From: an uncultured Acidobacteriota bacterium
GTDB taxonomy: Bacteria > Acidobacteriota > Polarisedimenticolia > Polarisedimenticolales > DASRJG01
Length of the DNA: 64,000 nucleotides
NCBI GenBank assembly: GCA_964383585.1
Contig: CAYLHQ010000013.1
Span: 16,944-80,943, forward strand
Reading direction: 5' to 3'
Below the pieces are notes generated by a model. That model did not search any database and was not told where the DNA came from. It saw only the letters and a program-made list of their open reading frames with translations. This document shows, piece by piece, positions 35,198 through 45,099 of this stretch (position 1 is the first letter of the stretch; every line of letters starts with the position of its first letter). The position numbers and the translations under genes are program-made.

Positions 35198-37282
35198 TCA
35201 CGGAGGCGGCGCGCCCCCGGCGGCGCCCACCGTGAGACCCGCGACACGGTCGAGATCCACCGTCTTCCCGAGCAGCACCAGGTGGTCTCCGGGTCCGATC
35301 TTCCAGTCGGGTCCGACCGGTGCGAACTCGCGCTTCAGCTCGCCCTCGGTGCGCCGAACCGCAAGGACGAAGACCCCGTACTTCCCGTACGGGTCGGCGT
35401 CGCCGAGCGTCTTGCCTTTCCAGTGCTCCGGGACTGCGACCTCGCGGATGTTCAGGTCTCCCGCGCGGCGCGCGCTCTCGGCTTCCCCCGCACTCCCCGC
35501 CTCGAGGAAACGTGCGAGGAGCACGCGGCGGCGGACGACCTCCCGGTCGAGCGCGGCGACGACGTCCCTTCGCGCGACGGTTCCGAGGAGACGGTCGGGG
35601 TCCTGGGCGCTGACGACCGGAAGCTGCGCCAGCTCGAGACGGGAGAACCGGCGCATCACGTCGTCGAGCGGGGTGCGCGGCGTCAGGCGCGGGACGTCGC
35701 GTACGAGGTCCATGGCGGTCCTCTCGCGCCGGAGCGAAGGGTCTCCCGCGACCTGGAAGGCGTCGCGGAGGTCGATCGCTCCGACGAGCCGGTCCTGGGC
35801 GTCGAGCGCGTAGACGGCAGTCTGGCGGGTGGAGCCGAACCGGTCCAGTACCTCGCCGAGAGGGGCGTCCGCGCGGACCGTCATCGGGTCCGTGCGGATC
35901 AGGTCCTCGGCGCGGAGCGTGGCGAGGGCCATTTCCTCGAAGGCGAGGTCGAAGTCGATGCCGCGGCGCCTCAACGACTCGGTGTAGATGGAATCCCGCC
36001 GGAGCTGCCTCGCGACCCAGGTCGAGGTCACGACGACCGCCGCGAGCGGCATGACCGAGCCGTAGTTCTGGCTCGTCTCGAAGACGATGACGAGGGCCGT
36101 GATCGGCGCGAACGTCGTAGACGCGATCGCGGCGCTCATCCCACCGAGCGCCCAGAAGACCGAGGAGACGCCGAGGGCGGGGAAGACCGCTTCGACGCCG
36201 AGCCCGAACAGGGTCCCGCCGGCCGCCCCGACGAGGAGGGCGGGGGTGAACACTCCGCCCGATCCTCCCGACCCGAGCGAGGCCGAGGTCGCCGCGATCT
36301 TCGCGAGCACGAGGGGGAGGAGCATCGCGGGCAGGACCCCGCCGGAGACCACCTCCCGCACCGCGTCGTAGCCGTTCCCCCAGACCTCGGGGATGAAGAC
36401 GGCGAGGATGCCCACCACGAGCCCCCCGAGCGCCGTCTTCACCGGGAGCGGCGCCCGCAGGCGGGCCGCCGCGCTCGACACCCCCTCGATCCCCGAGCGG
36501 AGCAGGAGGCCGGTCCACGCGACCAGGGCGCCGAGGAGGGCGAAGAGCGGGAGGGAGAGGAGGGACGGGGCGTGCTCCGACGGGACCGGGTAGAGTGGAG
36601 CCGAACCGAACGCGCCCCACGAGATCATCGTCGACGTGACGGCGGACATCACGACCGGGCCGAAGACCTCGAGAGCGAAGTTCCCGTGCACCACCTCCAT
36701 CACGAACATCGCGGCGCCGAGCGGTGCGTTGTACGAGGCGGCCATCGCGGCCGCAACGCCGCACCCGATCAGGATCCGCCGCCGCTCGACCGGGGCCTTC
36801 AGCTTCGAAGCGAGCCGCGAGGCGGCGGCCGCGGCGATCTGCACGATCGGTCCTTCCCTCCCGACCGAGCCTCCGGTCGCGTTGAGGAAGACCGAGGCCA
36901 CCGACTTCCCGACCGTCCGACCGAGATGGAGGCGCCCCGACCCGCGCAGGGAGACCGCCTCCATGATCTCGGAGACTCCCTCTCCGGTGGAACCCGTTCT
37001 TCTCCGGATCGAGGAGACGATGAGTCCCGCGACGAGTCCCCCGGCGGCGGGTCCCAGGATGCGCCGAGGGATCCCGAGCCTTCCGGCGACCTCGAGCGGC
37101 TCGCCCGTGTCCCAGAAGACGAGGGCCTGGAAGCCGAGCCCGAGATACCGGACCCCCACGGCGACGAGCGACCCGAGGAGACCGGCCCCGACGACGAGCG
37201 CGATCGCGTACATCCGCTCGTCGGTCCGGAAGCGGATCCGAACCCGTTGCCAGAGGTCGGCCGCTCGGCGCAAAGGGGTCAA
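35198..37282 (-). CDS. ClC chloride channel with C-terminal CBS pair and TrkA-C-like domain
   Basis: GSVGREGP, GLPAM-like and GGVFTP selectivity motifs. CBS-like repeats. TTG start in a TTGA overlap with the upstream stop. Confidence 0.88.
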   Translation of the reverse strand: MTPLRRAADLWQRVRIRFRTDERMYAIALVVGAGLLGSLVAVGVRYLGLGFQALVFWDTGEPLEVAGRLGIPRRILGPAAGGLVAGLIVSSIRRRTGSTGEGVSEIMEAVSLRGSGRLHLGRTVGKSVASVFLNATGGSVGREGPIVQIAAAAASRLASKLKAPVERRRILIGCGVAAAMAASYNAPLGAAMFVMEVVHGNFALEVFGPVVMSAVTSTMISWGAFGSAPLYPVPSEHAPSLLSLPLFALLGALVAWTGLLLRSGIEGVSSAAARLRAPLPVKTALGGLVVGILAVFIPEVWGNGYDAVREVVSGGVLPAMLLPLVLAKIAATSASLGSGGSGGVFTPALLVGAAGGTLFGLGVEAVFPALGVSSVFWALGGMSAAIASTTFAPITALVIVFETSQNYGSVMPLAAVVVTSTWVARQLRRDSIYTESLRRRGIDFDLAFEEMALATLRAEDLIRTDPMTVRADAPLGEVLDRFGSTRQTAVYALDAQDRLVGAIDLRDAFQVAGDPSLRRERTAMDLVRDVPRLTPRTPLDDVMRRFSRLELAQLPVVSAQDPDRLLGTVARRDVVAALDREVVRRRVLLARFLEAGSAGEAESARRAGDLNIREVAVPEHWKGKTLGDADPYGKYGVFVLAVRRTEGELKREFAPVGPDWKIGPGDHLVLLGKTVDLDRVAGLTVGAAGGAPPP

Positions 37283-38088
37283 GCCTCGTCGTCCCCCTCG
37301 CCGCCGAGCCAACGCGCGGTCAGCTCGGCGCGAAGGTGTTCGAACGCCTCGTCGACCGTGTCGGTGATTCGGAACAGCTCGAGATCTCCGGGCGAGATCG
37401 TTCCCCACTTCACGAGCGCGTCGAACCGGAGGACGTCCTCCCAGAACTCCCGGCCGTAGAGGACGATCGGCACCTTCTTCGTGCTCTTCCGCGTCTGCAC
37501 GAGAGTGAGGAGCTCCACGAGTTCGTCGAGCGTGCCGAACCCGCCGGGGAAGACGACGAGCGCCTTCGCGAGGTAGACGAACCAGAACTTCCGCATGAAG
37601 AAGTAGTGGAATTCGAAGGCGAGCTCGCGCGTGATGTAGGGATTCATCGTCGGCTCGACGGGGAGGCTGATCCCGAGTCCGATCGAGATTCCCGAGGCCT
37701 CGGACGCGCCGCGGTTCGCGGCCTCCATGATTCCGGGCCCTCCGCCGGAGCAGACGATGAACCGCCGGTGGTTGTTCGGCGCGAGCCCTTTCGACCATTC
37801 CGTCATCCGGCGGGCAAGTTGCCGCGCGTCCTCGTAATACCGGGCGAGGCGAAGCGCGGCCTCGGCGCGGGAGATCGTGTCCCGGTCCCCTCCCGCGCGG
37901 GCGGCGCGCATCCGCTCCTCCGCCTGTTCGGGAGGGAGCGCGCGCGCGGAGCCGAAGAAGACCACCGTGTCCTTGACGCGGTAACGGGCAAAACGGGCCT
38001 GCGGCTCGAGGTACTCCGAGAGGATGCGGAGGGTGCGCGCGTCTCGGCTGTTCAGGAAGTCGAGGTTCTTGTACGCCTTCTCTACCAT
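37279..38088 (-). CDS. LOG-family (TIGR00730) nucleotide phosphoribohydrolase
   Basis: GGGPGIMEAANRGA and PGGFGTLDEL motifs. Internal ATG 38088. Confidence 0.88.
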   Translation of the reverse strand: MVEKAYKNLDFLNSRDARTLRILSEYLEPQARFARYRVKDTVVFFGSARALPPEQAEERMRAARAGGDRDTISRAEAALRLARYYEDARQLARRMTEWSKGLAPNNHRRFIVCSGGGPGIMEAANRGASEASGISIGLGISLPVEPTMNPYITRELAFEFHYFFMRKFWFVYLAKALVVFPGGFGTLDELVELLTLVQTRKSTKKVPIVLYGREFWEDVLRFDALVKWGTISPGDLELFRITDTVDEAFEHLRAELTARWLGGEGDDEA

Positions 38089-38188
38089 CGGGACTCCAGG
38101 CCCGGGGAAGGTTCGGGCCAGGGCATCATTCCACAGGCGGGAGCGCGAGCCCACCTGCTATGCTCTCCGTTCTCGAGGGGGAAACGCG

Positions 38189-38719
38189 ATGCGACTTCGT
38201 ACATGGGCTCTCGCGGCATTCGGTTTCGGCGCCGCCTTCGCCGCCGACGGGGCGGGGGGGGCGGCCGGGAAGGTGCAGGCCCCGTCGTTCGAGCTCCGAG
38301 GCTCGGACGGCGCGATCCACCGGCTATCCGACCACGCCGGCAAGCGTGCGGTCGTCCTCGCCTGGTTTCCGAAAGCGTTCACCGGCGGTTGCACGGCCGA
38401 ATGCAAGTCGCTCCGTGAGAGCGGCGCCGCGATCCGTGAGTTCGAGGTTGCCCTGTACGCGGCAAGTTGTGACGACGCGGAAACGAACCGGAAATTCGCC
38501 GCGTCGCTCGATCTCGACTACCCGATCCTCAGCGATCCCGGCTGCGCGATTGCCCGCGCCTACGGGGTGGCGACGGAGGGGTCGAGCTACGCCCAGCGCG
38601 TCACCTTCTACATCGGCCCGGACGGGACGATTCTCGACGTCGACCGGTCCGTGAAAGCCTCGACTGCCGGAAACGACATCGCCGAACGCCTCACTGCCCT
38701 GGAGGTCAAGAGGAAATAG
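38189..38719 (+). CDS. secreted peroxiredoxin (Bcp/AhpC-TSA family)
   Basis: Signal peptide, then WFPKAFTGGCTAEC peroxidatic Cys motif. Confidence 0.85.
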   Translation: MRLRTWALAAFGFGAAFAADGAGGAAGKVQAPSFELRGSDGAIHRLSDHAGKRAVVLAWFPKAFTGGCTAECKSLRESGAAIREFEVALYAASCDDAETNRKFAASLDLDYPILSDPGCAIARAYGVATEGSSYAQRVTFYIGPDGTILDVDRSVKASTAGNDIAERLTALEVKRK

Positions 38720-38871
38720 GGGACATTCCGCTTTTACTTCTAAAGGTTGAATAGAAAAAGCGGGAGCGAAAAAGGGACTGGCACCTTTTCCGGTCTCCGG
38801 AAAAGGTGCCAGTCCCTTTTTCGCTCCCGCTTTTTCTATTCAACCTTTAGAAGTAAAAGCGGAATGTCCCC
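38719..38871. repeat. 153-bp perfect palindromic AT-rich element (75-bp arms, 3-nt loop), termini GGGGACATTCCGCTTTTA
   Basis: Base-by-base pairing was checked from 38719/38871 inward to 38793/38797 with no mismatch. It fills the gap between convergent genes, starting with the G of the TAG stop. Confidence 0.93.
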
Positions 38872-38872
38872 A

Positions 38873-41050
38873 TCACGGACACGGGTTCGGTCGAGGGGTG
38901 CCCGAGCTGTCGTTCCCCAACGGACCCGCTCCGCCGCATCCCGCATCCCGTCCGCCGATCAGGTACCAGTACCCTTCGTCGGTGGCTGGGGTCTCCGGTT
39001 CGTCGAACTCGGTTCCCGCGAGCCCCAGGACGAGGCAGCTTCCGTCCGTGGAACCGAGATTGCCGCGGACCACGTCATAACTGTCGGCACGCAAGGCCGC
39101 GGACCACGTGAGCCGCGTGGGCGTCGAGCCGTCGAGCATGAGGTTCGTGACCTCGCCCGGCGCACCGGCGGAGGGATCCAGGGGCGCGCAGTCGGTCCCG
39201 TCGAGCAGCCCGTCGTTGTCGTCGTCGAGATCGCAGGCGTCCCCCGCGGTGTCGAGATCCGCGTCGCCCTGTGCGGGGTTCGGGGTCGCGAGACAGTTGT
39301 CGTTCCGGTCGGGGACCCCGTCCCCGTCGGAGTCGTTGAGGGGGACGAAGGTCTCGGTCGACTTGAGAATCCAGTCGTCCGCGTCGAAGAGGACGTCGAC
39401 GACCGGGAGCGAGCTCTCGAGGACGAAGTCCTGATCGCTTCCGTCGTTCCAGACGGTTCGCACGTCGGCGCCCGCGGAGGTGATCAGGGTCAAACGGACC
39501 GGCATGGTGAAGACGGGTTGGGACGACTGGGTCTGGCGAATCCGCACGTAGACCCGGAAGAGGCCGCCTCCCGCATCGGCCTGGCTCCAACCGACCTCAT
39601 ACGCCGGCTGTCCCTCTCCGTAGACCCATTCCGCGAAGAACCAGTCGAGGAGCGCACCGTGGACGGCCTCCATCGTGTTCCGGTACATCTGGGTGTCGCC
39701 GACGCCGTCCCGGTTCTGGACGTACCAATTCCTGAGGCCTTGAAAGAACGCTGCGTCGCCGACTACGCCGCGAAGCATGTGCTGCACCCACGCGCCCTTG
39801 TCGTAGACGGTCGCACCGAAGGTGTCCGGGTTGTCGTAGAGAGGGCCGCTGAAGCTCGCGCGCCAGAGCGAGTTCATGTACGCCTTGTAGCCGGAGAAGC
39901 CTTCCAGGTGTTCCTTCCAAAGCGCCTCGGAGTGCGTCGCGAACCCCTCGTTGAGCCAGATCTCCCGCCAATCACGCGGGCTGACGCTGTCCCCCCACCA
40001 CTGGTGGGCGAGTTCGTGCGCGACGACGTAATCGTAGCCGTGTCCGCCGTTGATCAGCGAATACCCGTACGAGGTGTTCGTGGTGTGCTCCATGGCCCCC
40101 GAGAATGGGAAGGCGCTCATTCCGTACTTGTCCTCGACGAACGGGTACTCTCCGAAGGTCTGCGCGTAGAAGGTGATCATCGCGGGAGTGACGTTGAAGG
40201 ACTCCTCCGCGTCGGCGAGGTCTTCCGGGTAGACGTAGTAATCGACCGGCATCGTCCCGCCCGAGAGGGTCGTGTAGGAGTCGGAAAAGGTCTCGTAGAC
40301 GGTCGCGGCTACCGAGACGAGGTAGGTCGTCAGCGGCCGCGTCGGTTTCCACCGAAACTGCTTGCGTTTCCGGGGGAGATCCGCGGTTCCGATCCGCCGG
40401 CCGTTTCCGGTCGCGATCCAGGTGTTCGGAACGGTCCACCACATCTCGACCTCGGCCTTGTCGTCGGGGCGGTCCTTGCAGGGCCACCACGAGCGCGCCC
40501 CTTCGGGCTCCGAGAGAGACCACGCCATCTGGCCCTGCCCCTGGCCGTAGAGGTACTTGTTCCAACCGAAGGAGCCGAGCCCCGTCGATTGGGGCGCCCC
40601 CGAGTACTCGACGACCACCTCGAAGGTCTCTCCCGCGGCGTACGCGCGGTCGAGGGTGATGTCGAGAAGGTCCCCGGGGCGCGCGAAAGCCCGGGCGGAA
40701 CCGTTCTGCGTCACGCGGCTCACGGTCATGTTCGAAAGGAGATCGAGAACCAGGTGCTGAAACCCCCCGACGAGGCTCCGCCCCGTCACCGTCACCTTGC
40801 CCGAGACCGTCCGGGCGGCGGGGTCGAACTCGAGGTCGAGGAAGTACCGGGTCACATCGACATCGTCCTGAGCGACCAGAATGGAGTTCTCCTCGAGCGT
40901 CTTCGGCGCCCCCATCCCCGAGAGGCGGACGTGGCTCTTCCGCAGGAGATCCCGCTCCTCCCGGGTCGGAACCGGCATCGACTCGGTTCGCCCGGGAAGC
41001 GGGACGAGCGCGATGGCGAAGGCGATGGCTGCGGCGGCGAGGTGTCTCAT
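38873..41050 (-). CDS. M1-family aminopeptidase with C-terminal thrombospondin-type-3-like calcium-binding repeats
   Basis: GAMEHTT exopeptidase motif. HELAHQWWGD...WLNEGFATH zinc site. C-terminal DSDGDGVPDRNDNC...DLDDDNDGLLDG. Confidence 0.9.
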   Translation of the reverse strand: MRHLAAAAIAFAIALVPLPGRTESMPVPTREERDLLRKSHVRLSGMGAPKTLEENSILVAQDDVDVTRYFLDLEFDPAARTVSGKVTVTGRSLVGGFQHLVLDLLSNMTVSRVTQNGSARAFARPGDLLDITLDRAYAAGETFEVVVEYSGAPQSTGLGSFGWNKYLYGQGQGQMAWSLSEPEGARSWWPCKDRPDDKAEVEMWWTVPNTWIATGNGRRIGTADLPRKRKQFRWKPTRPLTTYLVSVAATVYETFSDSYTTLSGGTMPVDYYVYPEDLADAEESFNVTPAMITFYAQTFGEYPFVEDKYGMSAFPFSGAMEHTTNTSYGYSLINGGHGYDYVVAHELAHQWWGDSVSPRDWREIWLNEGFATHSEALWKEHLEGFSGYKAYMNSLWRASFSGPLYDNPDTFGATVYDKGAWVQHMLRGVVGDAAFFQGLRNWYVQNRDGVGDTQMYRNTMEAVHGALLDWFFAEWVYGEGQPAYEVGWSQADAGGGLFRVYVRIRQTQSSQPVFTMPVRLTLITSAGADVRTVWNDGSDQDFVLESSLPVVDVLFDADDWILKSTETFVPLNDSDGDGVPDRNDNCLATPNPAQGDADLDTAGDACDLDDDNDGLLDGTDCAPLDPSAGAPGEVTNLMLDGSTPTRLTWSAALRADSYDVVRGNLGSTDGSCLVLGLAGTEFDEPETPATDEGYWYLIGGRDAGCGGAGPLGNDSSGTPRPNPCP

Positions 41051-41997
41051 CGGGGCCCCCCGAAAGGAACGGAAGGCCTGTTATACCGCGTGCCCTGGAC
41101 CAGGGCGACCCCGAAGACGGCGACGAATCCCCCGGCGAGCGCTCCGGGACGGATCGCCTCCCCGAGGACCGAGGCGGCGACGAAGACGGTCACGATCGGT
41201 TGCACGTACTGAAAGGTCGTGAGGGTCCCCGGCTCGAGGATCTCGAGGGCCCGGGCCCAAGCGAGAAACGCGATCCCGGTGCACCCGACGCCCAGGAACG
41301 CGAGCGCGGCCCAACCCGTCCACGAGATCAGCGCGAGCTCGGCGACCCGGCCGGTCGCGAGGTAGAGCAGAACGGCTCCGGCGGTCCCCGCGGCGAGGAT
41401 CCGTACCGTCGTGCGAAGCGCCCCGCGCCGCAGGAAAAGCCCGCGCGAGATCAAGGTGTAGACCGCCCAGTTGAACGCGGAGAGGAGCATCAGGAGGTCG
41501 CCTTGCGTCGACGGGAGGGCGATCGAGCCGGCGCCGGGGCCGGAGAGCGTGACGACGAGTGCGCCCGAGAAGCCGAGGGTGACGCCGGCGAGCTTGAGCG
41601 GCGGGAACCGCTCCCGCAGGAACAGAGCCGACAGGATCCCCGTGAAGATCGGAATCAGAGTCACGAGCCACCCGGCGTTCTGCGCGGACGTCAAGCGAAG
41701 CGCGAAGGCCTGGAGTCCCGTTTGGACGACGACGCCGAGCAATCCGAGGAAGATCAATCGGCTCCCGTCCCCCGGTCGCTCGTTCCCCGTTCGGGGCGGC
41801 CGGAGAGCCGCGAGGACGACCCCCAGGGCCGCGAGGCCGAGCACCCCCCGCAGCGCGACGACTCCGAGCGGGGAGACCTCACGGAGCGCGACCTTCACCG
41901 CGATGAACGAGGAGCCCCAGAAGAGGATCGGCACGACCGCGAGGAGATAGAGGGACGCCGTCGATCGGCCTCTCAACGATTCTCCCGGGCGGTCCAT
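41047..41997 (-). CDS. EamA/DMT-family transporter
   Basis: Ten hydrophobic segments in two EamA-like halves. ATGA overlap with the downstream gene. Confidence 0.82.
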   Translation of the reverse strand: MDRPGESLRGRSTASLYLLAVVPILFWGSSFIAVKVALREVSPLGVVALRGVLGLAALGVVLAALRPPRTGNERPGDGSRLIFLGLLGVVVQTGLQAFALRLTSAQNAGWLVTLIPIFTGILSALFLRERFPPLKLAGVTLGFSGALVVTLSGPGAGSIALPSTQGDLLMLLSAFNWAVYTLISRGLFLRRGALRTTVRILAAGTAGAVLLYLATGRVAELALISWTGWAALAFLGVGCTGIAFLAWARALEILEPGTLTTFQYVQPIVTVFVAASVLGEAIRPGALAGGFVAVFGVALVQGTRYNRPSVPFGGPR

Positions 41998-43487
41998 CGG
42001 TAGACCGAGAGACGATCCCTCCGCTTCGCGTCGAGCCGCACGATCTCGGCGATCCCGTCCCCGTCGAGATCGACCGGCCGAGGCGCGAAGAACGGGGCGA
42101 GATCGGAGCCTCCCTGCACCCCCTCGGCGCCGACGCCGACCCAGGGCGATCCGAGCGACGCGACTCCTTCCGGGAGCGCGAGGACCGCCGAGGGCTCGGA
42201 TTCGACCGGGAGGCCCCGTCGCGCGCGCGCCAACCCGCGGTGGATCCGGAGCGCGCCCTTCCCCGAAACGAGCAGGTCCATGAATCCGTCCCCGTCGAGG
42301 TCGGATCCGAAGGAGAGAAACGACCGGTCTCCGTCGGGGACGTCGACACTCCCCGAGACGGGTTTCGACGGCCAGCGCCCTTCCGTGTCCCGGCTCCAGA
42401 TCTCGAACTCCACCTTCTCGTCCTCGAGCCCCTTCCAGTAGACGAGGACGAGGTCGTCGCGCCCGTCGCCGTCGACATCGGCCACCCGCGCCTGGACCGG
42501 CTGCCAGAGATTCGCCCCGGTTTCCGCGGCGAGGAAGGGCGCGATCCCGGTCCGCGTCCGGTCCGGCTCGAGCCGGAAGACCCGGAGCCGTTTCTCCCCG
42601 AAGAACTGCATCTTGTCCGCGCGGATCGTCGTGAGGACGAGTGCGGGCCTCCCGTCGAGGACGACAAAGTCCGAGTCGATCGTGCGTTCCTGGCCGGGGA
42701 GGCGGGCCCAGCACTCGACCGCCTCCGCGCCGGTCGTCTTCGGTTCGGCGAGCCAGACCCTCAGTCGCTCGTCTCCGACCGGCTCCGGGTCGGCGGCCAG
42801 CAGATCTCCCCCCGACGACGAGCGGCCGACCGGAACGTAAGGCGGCGTGTGAACCCACGCCGAGCGCGACCCCGCGCGGACGAGGACGGGGAGCGAACTC
42901 GAACCCAGCGCGGCGAACCCCTCCTCCTCGCGCGGTCCGAACGACGTCACGCCCCCCGCTTCGAAGACGTGGAGGCGGCTCGGCGCGATCGGCCCTCCGG
43001 GGGAGCCGTGGTCGCTTCCGAACCACCCCCCCGGGATCGTCACGATCGCCCGCGACCCGGCGGAAGGACTCCAGACTTCGAGCGTCCCACGTCGTCCGAG
43101 GAGGATCTCGTCGTTCCCGTCCCCGTCGAGGTCGAACGCGCCGACGCGGGAGGTCGAACGGGGGAGGTCGTCTCGAAGGACCCGGAACGGCGGGTCCGCA
43201 CCCGGCGAGTAGGTCGCGAGTTTCCGGGCAGGGCCGTCTCCCGGTCCTTCGTCCGGTTCCCGCATGCGGCACGCCCCGTCGGTCCTCGCCGGTTCGACGG
43301 GAACCGGGTCGAGGAGCAGCACGACCGTGCGCCGTCCGCCGGCATCCCGCGGGGTCGCCAGATCGAGCACGTACGATCCCGCGGAGATCTCGATCCGCTC
43401 GCCGCCGGGGAGCGCCACCACCCGGACGGGCGGGGTCTCCCCCGTCGCCGCGGCGGCGAGGAGGAGACGGGCGATGGTCCTCGTCAC
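41973..43487 (-). CDS. FG-GAP/VCBS-repeat protein
   Basis: GTG start in a GTGA overlap. Repeated DxDGDGxxD motifs (FDLDGDGNDEILL, VADVDGDGRDDLVL, SDLDGDGFMDLLV, VDLDGDGIAEIV). Confidence 0.75.
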   Translation of the reverse strand: MTRTIARLLLAAAATGETPPVRVVALPGGERIEISAGSYVLDLATPRDAGGRRTVVLLLDPVPVEPARTDGACRMREPDEGPGDGPARKLATYSPGADPPFRVLRDDLPRSTSRVGAFDLDGDGNDEILLGRRGTLEVWSPSAGSRAIVTIPGGWFGSDHGSPGGPIAPSRLHVFEAGGVTSFGPREEEGFAALGSSSLPVLVRAGSRSAWVHTPPYVPVGRSSSGGDLLAADPEPVGDERLRVWLAEPKTTGAEAVECWARLPGQERTIDSDFVVLDGRPALVLTTIRADKMQFFGEKRLRVFRLEPDRTRTGIAPFLAAETGANLWQPVQARVADVDGDGRDDLVLVYWKGLEDEKVEFEIWSRDTEGRWPSKPVSGSVDVPDGDRSFLSFGSDLDGDGFMDLLVSGKGALRIHRGLARARRGLPVESEPSAVLALPEGVASLGSPWVGVGAEGVQGGSDLAPFFAPRPVDLDGDGIAEIVRLDAKRRDRLSVYRWTARENR

Positions 43488-45073
43488 CGTGTCCCTCCCG
43501 AGAGGAGCAACTCGACCCGGGCGGGGGCGGAGATCGATTCGTCCTCGGGGGACCCGACCCGGGTGACGGCGAGGTCGGCGCGGCCGTCTCCGTCGAGATC
43601 GCGCACCTGCACGAGCGCCAGGTCCTGCGGCTCCTCCGCGAGATCGATCGCGAAATCGGGGCGCTGCGGGTAGACCCCGCCCGGTTTTCCGAGGTGGATC
43701 GTGAGAGTGCGCCCGCGGCCGAGGTGAACGAAGTCGATCCGCCCGTCCCCGTCGAAATCCCCGGCGAATTGCGCCATCCGCGCGATTCGGAGGTCGTCGA
43801 GGTCGAACTTGAGCTTCTCGTCGAGCCCCTTGTTCGGCGCCCTCCTGAAGGAGCCGTCCGGTTGCTGGACGCGGACCTCGAAATCGACCCCGATCGAGAT
43901 CCGCTTCGTCGTGAGCACGCGGAGCGCCTGGAGGACGGAGAAGTCGAGGGTGAGGGTCACGAGGTCCTTCCGGCCGTCCCCGTCGAGATCGCGGAAATCG
44001 GGTTCGTCGCCGGTGAACCCTCCCGAAGAGGCGTACCCGGGTGCCTCGAATCGCAGATAGGGCTCGTGCCCGACTTCGAACCCCTTCCCGACCCTGTGGA
44101 ACGAGTACGCCCACCGCGGCTCCCGGGCCTTCTTCAGCTGCCCACGGTCGGTGTCGACCTCCTTGCGGAGGACCACCTCGGGAAGTCCGTCCCCGTCGAG
44201 GTCGCCGAAGTGGCTCAGCGCGGCCGGGGACTCCCCGTTGCCGAAGCGGAGACAACCGAGGTGAAGGACACGAAAAGGGGCGAACCGGCCGCCGCCCTTC
44301 CCCTCCGCGATCCAGACGGTCGGGGGGATCCTTCCCTCCACGGCGACGAGGTCGAGGATGCCGTCTCCCGTCGTGTCTTCGACCGTCGGGAGCAGGAATT
44401 CCCGCGTCGCGCCGAGGCCGGAGAAGGTCCGGTCCCCCGGAAGGCCGAGCCGCGCGAGCGGCTCTCCGGCGATCGACTCCCTCCGCGCGCGCAACACGAC
44501 GAGATCGCGTCGTCCCGGGAGGAGCACCTCGCGGATCCCGTCGCCGTCGACGTCCGCGGTCAGGCGGAGGGCGGGAAGGAACGCCCCGGAACCGTCGAAC
44601 GCCCCGGCCTCCTCGCGGAGGGGCTCCGCGCGAAGGACCGCTTCCCCCTCCTCGCGAATCGCGCGGATTCCCCAAAGACCTCCGTCGCGGATCACGAAGA
44701 CGGGGAGGTCGTCTTCCCCTTCGTCGATCGCGTGCACCGACGCGTCGAGAGGGAGGGGGGCCGCGACCGGGACGAAGCCGCCCCGCTCCTCGCCGAGCCA
44801 CGCGCGGGCCTCGAGCCGCTCGAAGAGAGCGGGGACGACCTCCGTGATCATCACGGCGTCTTCGACGCGGTCGGACGAAACCTGGCCCCATCGGGTGTAG
44901 GCGACGACGGCGAGGAGATCGCGGCGGCCGTCGCCGTCGAGGTCGGGCGAGAGGATGCGTGACGGGGCCGCCGGGAGGGGAATCTCCGTCCGGCGGAATC
45001 CGAACGGTTCCCCGTGGGCGGGGAACCACACGGCGGCGAGGAAGGCGGCGGAGATCGCGACCCGTCCCGACAC
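43484..45073 (-). CDS. FG-GAP/VCBS-repeat protein with signal peptide
   Basis: Repeated DLDGDGRRDLL, ADVDGDGIREVLL, GDLDGDGLPEVVL, RDLDGDGRKDLV, GDFDGDGRIDFV and RDLDGDGRADLAV. The start (GTG 45073) is uncertain. Confidence 0.72.
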   Translation of the reverse strand: MSGRVAISAAFLAAVWFPAHGEPFGFRRTEIPLPAAPSRILSPDLDGDGRRDLLAVVAYTRWGQVSSDRVEDAVMITEVVPALFERLEARAWLGEERGGFVPVAAPLPLDASVHAIDEGEDDLPVFVIRDGGLWGIRAIREEGEAVLRAEPLREEAGAFDGSGAFLPALRLTADVDGDGIREVLLPGRRDLVVLRARRESIAGEPLARLGLPGDRTFSGLGATREFLLPTVEDTTGDGILDLVAVEGRIPPTVWIAEGKGGGRFAPFRVLHLGCLRFGNGESPAALSHFGDLDGDGLPEVVLRKEVDTDRGQLKKAREPRWAYSFHRVGKGFEVGHEPYLRFEAPGYASSGGFTGDEPDFRDLDGDGRKDLVTLTLDFSVLQALRVLTTKRISIGVDFEVRVQQPDGSFRRAPNKGLDEKLKFDLDDLRIARMAQFAGDFDGDGRIDFVHLGRGRTLTIHLGKPGGVYPQRPDFAIDLAEEPQDLALVQVRDLDGDGRADLAVTRVGSPEDESISAPARVELLLSGGTR

Positions 45074-45099
45074 GCGGGGAAGTATGGACGAGAACCGGG

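Noticed and set aside
37275-37288. GGGGTCAAGCCTCG, a 13/14 match to the outer block of the RAYT inverted repeat, at the LOG/ClC gene junction.
   Set aside because: It lies entirely in coding sequence (GDDEA-stop overlapping the TTG start). The GGGACATT core is absent and there is no AT-rich or palindromic context. The evidence for a relic copy is insufficient.
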